The position numbers were made by a program, and so were the translations under genes. A model generated the notes under the pieces. That model did no database searches. It saw nothing but the letters and a program-made list of their open reading frames with translations, and had not been told where the DNA came from. Below, piece by piece: positions 12,399 to 21,189 of a stretch of DNA of 64,000 bases (position 1 is the first letter of the stretch; every line of letters begins with the position of its first letter). Source of the stretch: Nitrosomonas sp. (GTDB taxonomy: Bacteria > Pseudomonadota > Gammaproteobacteria > Burkholderiales > Nitrosomonadaceae); contig JAJHPK010000038.1 of assembly GCA_020890945.1 (NCBI GenBank), forward strand, positions 9,898 to 73,897, read 5' to 3'.

Positions 12399-13535
12399 TT
12401 AATTTCTATCGCAAGCAGGATAAGTACTTGGACACTGGTCTATTAAGCCACCAGTAGGGAGTTTATCTTTAATTGCTTTAGAGTTAAGTACCTCCAATAT
12501 TTTATCGTTATAGAGTGAATCGCGCGTCCAGAAAATATAATTTGCTTTCAGCTTATCACGAACAAACGTATGTATTTCAGAAATAGTCGGTTCGTATCCT
12601 GTACCATCCATTTTGGTGTTTCTATAATTTTGATGCATTACTGTTGGTGCCAGCGCAATAATTCCTGATAATTTGGGATAGTACGTATAAATACCGGGAT
12701 AGCCAGCCCCATTAAAAAATAATCCTGGTTCCTGAAGGAAAGCATCTGGTGAACTAAGCCCTCCATTGATCTGTTTTAACGTCTCCACTGTTGGACCAAT
12801 GATCGGTCTAGGATAATTCAATGATTGCATTACCATTGTATTAGGAAATGCATCGCGTGCGGCTTGTAATGTTTGGCGCAAACCTTCATAAAAACCATTT
12901 GTTTGTGCACTTGTAATAGGTTGTAATGGATCACCTAACGCGGTTTCTGACATTCCAATACCTTCAAAATAAGGGTGTGCGTTATAACGCTCTCCAAGAG
13001 CTTTATAGAATGCTGCTATGCGTTCCCGCACTTTAGGATGCCACAATTTTAGTTGCTCACCCTTAAATGTTTTTTTGTTGTAGTGCGCATAACTAAATAC
13101 ACCACCATCATACTCTGCACTTCTCAAATAAGAAGGAACATAAGTATCAGATTTACCGAAAGATTTTGTTTGAATCATAATGACTAATCGCTTTTTGCGT
13201 TTAGCCATTTCATCCAAATGCTTGTCGATTGATGCAAAATTATATTGTCCCTTACCAACTTCAATATCGCCCCACTGATAGCGAACTTGAACTCCTAATA
13301 TTGCAGGTGTATTAGCCATATCTTTATAGACATTATTCATAAGATATGCTGGATGAGTTTTTGCTGATGCCACTAGCTGATAATAATGCCCAGGATGCCA
13401 TTTGATTCCATCAGCTGCAAACGTATTACCAGAAAAAAATATTAAACCGAAAAGAAATACTGCTATACATGTTATAAAATTCGGTTTACAATAGGGGTGA
13501 GTTTTGGATATTGATGAATTAAAATTTGTTTCCAT
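12399..13535 (-). CDS. Secreted protein, possibly a TIM-barrel glycoside-hydrolase-like enzyme (family not assigned)
   Basis: 378 aa with an N-terminal signal/anchor. YQWGDIEVGKGQYNFASIDKHLDEMAKRKKRLVIMI resembles the W..iE...G.y.f..lD block of GH42/GH35-like barrels, and there is a later EGIGMSE. The functional call is weak. Confidence 0.5.
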   Translation of the reverse strand: METNFNSSISKTHPYCKPNFITCIAVFLFGLIFFSGNTFAADGIKWHPGHYYQLVASAKTHPAYLMNNVYKDMANTPAILGVQVRYQWGDIEVGKGQYNFASIDKHLDEMAKRKKRLVIMIQTKSFGKSDTYVPSYLRSAEYDGGVFSYAHYNKKTFKGEQLKLWHPKVRERIAAFYKALGERYNAHPYFEGIGMSETALGDPLQPITSAQTNGFYEGLRQTLQAARDAFPNTMVMQSLNYPRPIIGPTVETLKQINGGLSSPDAFLQEPGLFFNGAGYPGIYTYYPKLSGIIALAPTVMHQNYRNTKMDGTGYEPTISEIHTFVRDKLKANYIFWTRDSLYNDKILEVLNSKAIKDKLPTGGLIDQCPSTYPACDRN

Positions 13536-14088
13536 AAAAAAAATTCCTCCTTGAAATATTAAAAAGGAAGAACTGCAGTATTACGCATGGGAATTTCTTT
13601 GTTCGAAACTCTGCTCTCCAGATTTATTATCTGGTGGTTTTTGCGTTATCTGGCAGTCCTGCCATCATAGGGCGTTTAACCCTTTAGATCAGTGACTTTG
13701 CGTATTTTGCTTTCGCAAAATTTGCCTTTTAATACAATAACGATGTTGAAATAAAAATACATTAATCGTATTTAATTTAGCAAGAAAATCTAAAATAACT
13801 GCAACAAAAGTTAAGTTAATAATCTAAATTTAAGAAAACCTAAAAGAATTAAATTTAACTCGAAATATTTTTAGACTAAGAATAAAATCAACTACCTTAG
13901 TTTCTTAAACAAACATCTTTCAAATCTACTAAATCTCGTTTTGTTGAAAGTTATTCAGAATACTGACGATCTATTTTGTATTCTGAGTTGTAATAATAAC
14001 GAAAAAACTAATTGGAGTAGGGAATAAAGAATGAGATTAAAATACCCTATTTCTATTTAATAAATTGGTTCTTCGGTGATTGATATTA

Positions 14089-14736
14089 TTACTCAATCAC
14101 TTTATGATTGATCGCCATTCGAATAAGTTGGCTGGTATTTTCCAAATTCAACTTGCGCATAAGATTCATGCTATGAACACTCACTGTTTTAGGGCTAATC
14201 GATATTTTTTCACCGATTTGTGCATTGGTAAATCCTTCTGCTATTAATTTAAAAATCTGAAATTCTCTATTAGAGAGTGAATTAAGAAGAGCATTATCAT
14301 TCTCTACACGTGCAGCGTGTACAGCTAAATCTGCAGCCAATTCAGACTCAATATAAATTTTTCCTGAGCTTACTTGTCTTACTGCATGAATCATTTCTCC
14401 TATCCCGCTTTGCTTGCTAATAAAACCAGAAGCACCAGCTTTTATGACCCGCTGAACCATGGTAACGTTATTGAGCATACTAAAAATCAATATCTTTGCC
14501 GTAGGATCTTTACTTAAGATTCGATGCATCGTTTCAAAACCACAAATCCCAACCATATTTAGGTCAAGTATAGTAACGTTCGGTGCGGATTCCTGCCATA
14601 TTTGATAACCACTTTCCCCATTGTCTGCTTCACCGATAACCAATATATCGGAATTGCTTTCAAGTAATCGACGATAACCTGTCCGCACCACCGGATGATC
14701 ATCAATCAATAAAATTGTAATTGGCTTAGTTATCAT
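14089..14736 (-). CDS. NarL/FixJ-family response regulator (receiver + LuxR HTH)
   Basis: The receiver is ILLIDDHPVVR...ILDLNMVG...K with an intact acidic pocket and phospho-acceptor Asp. The C-terminal LuxR-type HTH is LSNREFQIFKLIAEGFTNAQIGEKISISPKTV. Confidence 0.9.
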   Translation of the reverse strand: MITKPITILLIDDHPVVRTGYRRLLESNSDILVIGEADNGESGYQIWQESAPNVTILDLNMVGICGFETMHRILSKDPTAKILIFSMLNNVTMVQRVIKAGASGFISKQSGIGEMIHAVRQVSSGKIYIESELAADLAVHAARVENDNALLNSLSNREFQIFKLIAEGFTNAQIGEKISISPKTVSVHSMNLMRKLNLENTSQLIRMAINHKVIE

Positions 14737-14740
14737 AAAA

Positions 14741-15913
14741 CTATTTTTTTGTGGTCAACGGTAACCTAATGTCAATTTTCGTACCTCGATTATGCGCAGT
14801 TTCAATGCTCATCCGACCATCCAATGTAATAACTCTCTCACGCATACCAACCAACCCAAATCCTGAAGAAAGTATACTAGAATCGAAACCAACTCCATTA
14901 TCCCTTATGGTCAGCGACAGAAAATCTGTAGTTGCATTAGCGATTATTTCACGACATAAAAGCACATTAATTTGTGTCGCTTTTGCATGTTTATACGCAT
15001 TGTTCAGCGACTCTTGTACAAGACGAAAAATGTTGATATTGAATTTTTCCCCAAGAGAGGATAAATCACCCTCCAACTTAACGTTAAGAACAATTTTTGG
15101 ATGATGTAACAAATACTGTTTTTTTAATTCGATTAGTGCATCTGGCAATCCCAACGTATCCAGTAATATAGGACGTAATCGATGCAACATACCGCGAATA
15201 ACCTGATGCATTTTTTCAGTACATTCTTTTATGACATTCACACTGGAAAAAATAATCGACTCTCTTTCAATATAATTAAAAATAACCTCGCTTTCCGCTC
15301 TAATAGCAGTAAGCCATTGACCTAAAGCATCATGCAATTCACGCGCCAACACTCGACGCTCTTTCTCCTGAATACGAAATAACTCTTTCATTAAACGTCT
15401 ATTTTCAGTCAGTAAATCGTGATTAAAATTGATTATTCTTTTAAGTTGACTAATATCAGTGATCATCATGCGACACATATCTTTGTCATGAACAATTGTG
15501 CTTTCCAATCTGACATAGCTCAGAGTATCCTCGTTAATATCACCAATTTTTAAATCAATCGATGTTTTTCCCTTTGATGCAAAAGCATTCTGCAGATAGG
15601 CCGAAAATGCTGTGTGATCAATTTTTGTAAAATATTCTGCAAAAAACTTCCCAATCAAAATAAACGGATCTGCATTTAAAAGCAAAGCACCCGTTAAATT
15701 AATCGAAAGAATTTTGCCACTCTTATCCAAAGTTAAGTAACCCACCGGTGCATGATCGTAAAGATCAACGTAGCGATTATGAGACTCTTCTAATTCCTTC
15801 TGTTTAATCAGAAGCTGATTTGAAAGCACTTCCATCTGATTGTGCACCTCAAAATCAATTAATCTACGATAATTATTTCGTTGATTCACACTATTTCCAT
15901 CTATTTCATTCAT
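14741..15913 (-). CDS. Cytoplasmic PAS-domain sensor histidine kinase, HisKA_3 (NarX/DegS-like) type
   Basis: No TM segments. It has a coiled-coil plus PAS (YDHAPVGYLTLDKSGKILSINL), the H-box ARELHDALGQWLTA, and HATPase_c N and G boxes (NAYKHAKA, RDNGVGF, GFGLVGMRER). It lies 4 nt upstream of its response regulator. Confidence 0.9.
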   Translation of the reverse strand: MNEIDGNSVNQRNNYRRLIDFEVHNQMEVLSNQLLIKQKELEESHNRYVDLYDHAPVGYLTLDKSGKILSINLTGALLLNADPFILIGKFFAEYFTKIDHTAFSAYLQNAFASKGKTSIDLKIGDINEDTLSYVRLESTIVHDKDMCRMMITDISQLKRIINFNHDLLTENRRLMKELFRIQEKERRVLARELHDALGQWLTAIRAESEVIFNYIERESIIFSSVNVIKECTEKMHQVIRGMLHRLRPILLDTLGLPDALIELKKQYLLHHPKIVLNVKLEGDLSSLGEKFNINIFRLVQESLNNAYKHAKATQINVLLCREIIANATTDFLSLTIRDNGVGFDSSILSSGFGLVGMRERVITLDGRMSIETAHNRGTKIDIRLPLTTKK

Positions 15914-16299
15914 GCCATAACCAGTTGCATTAAAGTTTTTTTAATAGAATTTCAATAAATTTTCTGTATATGCCCAGCACCTATCCTCTATGGCAAAATC
16001 ACGAGTAATCGCAAGTTGAATTAAAATTACTAATCCTTCGTATTAATCATTATTCAATATCGTAATATCGGTGCTTTATCTATTTGATTGAGCCAATCTA
16101 ATCAATAACTAAAAACCTTTTCAAAATACGCATAGCAGGCTTGGATGTAGTCTGTTAATAATGAATTCCATTAACTTAATTAAATAACGAGTAGATTTCA
16201 TACCATCGCTTCGAAAATTATGCCGGCAACAAGCAACTAAACCTTTATCACTTACATTACTGATTATAGGAGATTTATAACCATTCGGTACGATAATGT

Positions 16300-16640
16300 T
16301 GTGTACTATCTTCGAATTTCCGATCTAATCAAAAGAGATTATTGTGATTTTGCCATAGTAAATTGGATAAGGACGAAATCTACCAAGCGATTCATGAGGG
16401 CGTTCATAATTGTAGAAATGAAAACACCATTATTCGGTCATGCACCGCACCTCATGAAGCGTTTCAGAAGCGTGACAATCCTGCACCTCGGCACGATAAG
16501 CGCAATTAAATCTCTCGATGTATAAGCATTCTAGGCAGATCTTCCAGATTGGATGAATATTAAGCGATGCCAGCAAGTCAAATCCATATTTAGGATTTTT
16601 TTATGCCAGCGTTAGCGACCTTTATTACCTCTTCGTCATT
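16300..16640 (-). pseudogene. Remnant of an rve-type (IS3/IS481-like) transposase C-terminus
   Basis: Hand translation of the minus strand gives ...IERFNCAYRAEVQDCHASETLHEV..TE* and then, in another frame, FYNYERPHESLG...P. These are the conserved IERFN and YN.ERPH.sLg motifs of DDE integrase-core transposases, interrupted by a stop and frameshift and lacking the N-terminal part. Confidence 0.6.
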
Positions 16641-16705
16641 CTTACTACTGGCTCCTTAGTAGAGTAACGATCGCACTACTCAGATCACCCCAGCAATTTA
16701 TTTTT

Positions 16706-17801
16706 TGACAGCGTTTTGTCGTCAGATTTTCTCGGTTTGCGCTTCATCGTCTGTGCCGTTGAGGCATTTTGAGCAGATTTTTTCTCAAGTAGCCAGCATT
16801 TCTCTGCGCAGCAGGTACAAGTTGGCCAAGCCCATCAGCATGTTCACCTGGACGGCAATCTTCATCAGCCCGCGGTAGCGAGATCGGGTGAGTTCAAACT
16901 GCCGCTTGATCACCTGCAATACATGTTCCACCCGTGCCCGGATTGAGGAATGTTTCCGGTTACGCTTCTTTTGACTCCCCGAGAGATTCTGTCCGGGCTT
17001 GCGTTTGTCTTGCACACCAGCATATTCCCAACTGCCGAAATCCCTGTTTGTACTCATCACTGGTGTAACCTGCATCGCCAAAAATAACCTTGTCTTCCGC
17101 CCGCAATAGCTCGGGCAGGACGTTGATGTCCACTTATTGGCTGCGGTAACTTCAACTGTGTGCACTGACCTTGAGTTTAGGTCTGCACCAACATGTGCCT
17201 TCGTGCCACAGTACTATTGCTTTCCCTTCTTCGTCTGGAGCATCTCAGAATCACGCGCCTGTTCCCGATTCTTGGTCGGACTTGGTGCATGAATGAGTGT
17301 TTCATCTACCATCGTACCTTTGGAAACCAGAAACCCTTGAGCCTTAAGATGAGCATGGATCACTTCCAGCAATATCGCCGTCAATTCATGCTGCTTCAAA
17401 AGATGACGGAAATTCAGTATCGTGGTCTCGTCCGGCAGGGTATCGACTACACCGAAAAATCACGCAAAGCGCCGCACACTTCAATTTCATACAGGGTGTC
17501 TTCCATTTCCCGGTCAGACAGGTTGAACCAATTCTGCATGCAGTAGAGGCGAAACATGCTCTCCAGCGCTATCTGTTGGCGGCCTCGCCGTCCGGCCTTG
17601 GGATAACGCGTCTCAACGTGTGACAGCAAAACTGGCCAGGGCATTACCCTTTCCATTTTGCTTAAAAAAACCTCCCGGCGCGTCCGGCGTTTCTTGTGAT
17701 TGTAGTCAAAATCTGCAAAGCTCGATTGGCGTGGCATAGCATATTTAAAAGTTATCAGGTAACACCATTATCTCAAACTTCGGGATTTGATCAGCGTTTC
17801 C
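16706..17801 (-). mobile_element. IS5-family insertion sequence, decayed
   Basis: Three ORF fragments (17447-17737, 17214-17399, 16785-17165) are collinear with E. coli IS5 transposase: FADF.Y..KRR.TRRE.FLS.ME...PW, YPKAGRRGR, CMQNWFNLSD.EMED.LYEI, GT.VDETLIHAPSPTKN.EQ.RDSEM.QTKKG and IRARVEH...IKRQF...RYRGL.K. The right end ...ATCTCAAACTTCGGGATTTGATCAGCGTTTCC resembles the IS5 terminus, and the left end is degenerate. The element is visibly more GC-rich than its flanks. Confidence 0.8.
16785..17737 (-). pseudogene. IS5-family transposase gene disrupted by frameshifts
   Basis: The transposase reading frame is broken into at least 3 pieces in different frames (see the ORF-track fragments). 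The central DDE region reads out of frame (..TAANKWTSTSCPSYCGRK..). Confidence 0.8.
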
Positions 17802-17869
17802 CTAAACAACAGTTAAAAATTTTGAAATCTGGGATTCATATTTAATCTGAGTTACTACAGTCCCATTAT

Positions 17870-19645
17870 TTATTTTTCAAGCGGCCATCCGATCAACAGC
17901 ACAGTGATAGTAACAACCGCTGTTAGGATATTCATCGGTATACCAACTTTCAGAAAATCTACAAAACGATAGCGGCCAGGTCCATACACCATCATATTCG
18001 TTTGATAACCAATTGGTGTAGCAAAACTGGCTGAAGCTGCCATCATGATGGCCAATACGAAAGGCACATTATTTAGATCCGTTTTCTCAGTAATCTCCAA
18101 TACGATCGGCAACATCAAAAGTGCCGCAGCATTGTTAGTAATGACTTCCGTCAAAATAGAAATAGTTACGTAAGTTAAAACTAATAATAGCCAAGGTCTT
18201 CCACCACTCAAATCGATAATGTTTTCTGCCAAGTATTTGGCCACACCTGTTTTCTCTAATGCCACACCTAAAGCAAACGAACATGCAATAGTAATAATTA
18301 CTTTTAAATCAAGACTTCTTTCTGCTTGATTGGATGAGCAGCATCCGGTAAGAATCATTAAGCCTGCGCCAATCAATGCACCATGCAGCATGCTGATTAC
18401 TTCAAAACTGGCCAATGAAACGATTCCGATCAAAATAGCCCAAGCAATGTATGCTCTTTCATGCCGAGGAGATTCGGTTTGCAAATCACTAATGACCAAA
18501 AAATCCTTGTTATAACGTTGGCGACTGATAAAAGCAGGTCTTGCTTCAAGTAATAGTGTATCGCCAGCCTCCAAAGTAATACTGCCTAAATTACCTTTGA
18601 TACGCTCACCGTTTCGAGCTACCGCCAATACTGCCGCGCCATATCGGGCACGGAATCGCGCCTCACGGATTGCATATCCCAGTGCGGAACAGTGAGGTGA
18701 AACAACCACTTCAACAAGCCGCCTTTCCGTATGTCTTAACCTAAACGTTTCTTGTTGTTCCTCTTCGGTAGAAGGAACAATACCGTTGATACGCAGCAAA
18801 TCGGAGATGGCTTCCGTATCCCCAGCGAATACTAATCGATCGCCGCCTTGCAATACCTCATCCGGCGAAACAACCGTAATCGCAGTACCATTTCGATCAA
18901 TCTCCACTAAATAAATACGTTGCAAGTGCCTTAGCCCAGCTTGTTCAATTGTTTTTCCTACTAAAGGCCCATTCGGCGCAATAGATACTTCTAAAGTAAA
19001 TTCACGAATATTGGAAAAAGCTTGATCTTGATTATGATCTGGCAAAAGCTTGTTAAAAAACAACCACATCATTATAAAACCGGCAATAGCTACCGGTAAA
19101 CCAACGGCAGTAATCGAGAATAGTGAAAAACCTGGTTCTCCAGTCAATGTTTGATATTGTCCATTGACAATCAAATTAGTGCTGGTACCAATCAATGTGA
19201 CCGTACCCCCCAGAATTGCCGTGTAACTGAGCGGGATCATTAATTTGGAAGGCGATATCCCAATTTTCCGGCTCCAACTATAAATAGCTGGAATCATAGT
19301 CGCGACTAAAGGTGTGTTATTGAGAAAACTGCTCATAAAAGCAACTGGCCAAAACATCCGATTTATGGCGCCACGAACGGTACTAGGTCGACCCAGCAAC
19401 GTTTTAACGAGTACATCAATCGCGCCAGAGGAATGCATGCCAGCCGCTACGACAAACATTCCCACCACAGTAATCAAGCCTGAATTACTAAAACCGCTTA
19501 ATGCATCTTTGTCGTTAAGAATTCCCGTGACCGCTAAAATTGTTAATGCCCCAGCCATGATCAGATGAGGTCCCAATCGCGTAAAAATCAGTGCTGTCAG
19601 CACCGAAACACACAAACCTAATACAAACCAACCTTGCCATTCCAT
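17870..19645 (-). CDS. SLC13/DASS-family anion permease with two central TrkA_C (RCK_C) domains
   Basis: 591 aa. Two blocks of TM helices are separated by two cytoplasmic TrkA_C repeats (GKTIEQAGLR...YLVEIDRNG and ALGYAIREARFRARYGAAVLAVARNGERI), the architecture of the CitT/YbiR-like SLC13 family. Confidence 0.85.
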   Translation of the reverse strand: MEWQGWFVLGLCVSVLTALIFTRLGPHLIMAGALTILAVTGILNDKDALSGFSNSGLITVVGMFVVAAGMHSSGAIDVLVKTLLGRPSTVRGAINRMFWPVAFMSSFLNNTPLVATMIPAIYSWSRKIGISPSKLMIPLSYTAILGGTVTLIGTSTNLIVNGQYQTLTGEPGFSLFSITAVGLPVAIAGFIMMWLFFNKLLPDHNQDQAFSNIREFTLEVSIAPNGPLVGKTIEQAGLRHLQRIYLVEIDRNGTAITVVSPDEVLQGGDRLVFAGDTEAISDLLRINGIVPSTEEEQQETFRLRHTERRLVEVVVSPHCSALGYAIREARFRARYGAAVLAVARNGERIKGNLGSITLEAGDTLLLEARPAFISRQRYNKDFLVISDLQTESPRHERAYIAWAILIGIVSLASFEVISMLHGALIGAGLMILTGCCSSNQAERSLDLKVIITIACSFALGVALEKTGVAKYLAENIIDLSGGRPWLLLVLTYVTISILTEVITNNAAALLMLPIVLEITEKTDLNNVPFVLAIMMAASASFATPIGYQTNMMVYGPGRYRFVDFLKVGIPMNILTAVVTITVLLIGWPLEK

Positions 19646-19970
19646 AAAAATTCCCTTTTTGAAAAGTTAAGCAATATACCCCAGTCACTGCCAACTTCAG
19701 AAATACCAAATAATAATAACCATATAGGTATATGTTATATTCGATGATAGCGTATATAACTAGCTCAGCATGCTTGAAAAAACATAGGAAATTTCATGGC
19801 ATTTAATAACATGACTAGAATTTTTTTTAAAAATAGAGAGAAATTCTACTGTGAATAATTTTCGATCAATTTGATATCGGAAGATTTAATAGAGTTGCTG
19901 CAGAAATAAACTTCTTTGCCTGAGTAGCTTACCGACCCAACTCTAGCCATTAACTCCAATGAGCATTGAT

Positions 19971-21173
19971 TCAGCTTGATAAGATTTTAGATGTTTCTGG
20001 TAGAAAAATTTGCAATAAATCGTTCAAAAAGCGTTTGCCTAATATTGTTGGCTTGATCCGAAAAGCATTGCACACTAATAAACCGCGCTCTTCAGCTTGA
20101 TCCAATTGCGTCTGGATAACGTTGAGCGGTAATCCAGTGCGTTCTTCAAACAATTTCGAGTCAAATCCATCATTGAGTCGCAGCGCATTCATCATAAACT
20201 CAAAAGCGCGATCGGCGTTTGATAGAGTCTGTTGCGTTTGAACCAAGGTAGCTCCGCTTTGATTTTGCAGCAAATATTCCTTAGGTTGTTTGTAACGCAT
20301 TTGCCGAATAATTTTATCTGCAAAGCTAATTTTGCTATGCGCCCCCGCGCCGATTCCCAGATAATCTCCGAATAACCAGTAATTCAAATTATGCTGCGAT
20401 TGTTTGCCTTGTTGCGCAAAAGCTGAGGTTTCATAATGCTGATACCCATGCTGAGATGCTGTTTGCTCAATCATATCCTGCATCGCAGCCGCTTGTTCAT
20501 CATCCGGCAGTGTCGGTGGAAAACGATGAAACAGCGTATTCGGTTCCAATGTCAGATGATAAGCAGACAGATGTGAAACACCAAAACTACAGGCCGTAGC
20601 AATATCGTTTTTTGCTTCATCCAGGGTCTGGCCTGGCAAGGCATACATCAAATCCAGATTAATGTTGGCAAAATTGTTTTGCGCGATTTGAACCGCACAC
20701 AGTGCTTCTTGATCATCATGCACGCGGCCGATTGCTTTAAGCATTTTCGGATTAAAACTTTGTATCCCTATCGATAATCGATTAATCCCAGCCGCACGGT
20801 AATCTGCAAATTTCTGCGTTTCAAAAGTACCCGGATTGGCTTCCAGTGTCACTTCAGCAAAATGTTCCAACGGCATCAACGTGCGCACTGCGGTTAAAAT
20901 AGCATCGATAGAAGATGCGCTAAACAAGCTGGGCGTTCCACCTCCAAAAAACACGCTGTTAAGCCGCCTGCCCCATACATCGGCCAATGCCATTTCCAAA
21001 TCCCGTATCAAAGCAGCGACGTAGTTTTTCTCGATCTCAGTCTGCTCATCGCCATTTTTACGAACTTCATGCGAATTAAAATCACAGTAGGGGCATTTCT
21101 TCAGACACCACGGAATGTGTATGTATAAACTCAACGGCGGTAATGCAGCAAGTTTAGGAACCAAGTCATTCAT
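19971..21173 (-). CDS. hemW: Radical-SAM heme chaperone HemW (HemN-like, oxygen-independent coproporphyrinogen oxidase family)
   Basis: LYIHIPWCLKKCPYCDFNS (CxxxCxxC), GGGTPSL and a HemN_C-like tail. At 400 aa it is the size of HemW/YggW rather than HemN. Confidence 0.88.
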   Translation of the reverse strand: MNDLVPKLAALPPLSLYIHIPWCLKKCPYCDFNSHEVRKNGDEQTEIEKNYVAALIRDLEMALADVWGRRLNSVFFGGGTPSLFSASSIDAILTAVRTLMPLEHFAEVTLEANPGTFETQKFADYRAAGINRLSIGIQSFNPKMLKAIGRVHDDQEALCAVQIAQNNFANINLDLMYALPGQTLDEAKNDIATACSFGVSHLSAYHLTLEPNTLFHRFPPTLPDDEQAAAMQDMIEQTASQHGYQHYETSAFAQQGKQSQHNLNYWLFGDYLGIGAGAHSKISFADKIIRQMRYKQPKEYLLQNQSGATLVQTQQTLSNADRAFEFMMNALRLNDGFDSKLFEERTGLPLNVIQTQLDQAEERGLLVCNAFRIKPTILGKRFLNDLLQIFLPETSKILSS

Positions 21174-21189
21174 TATGTTGCTATAAAAG

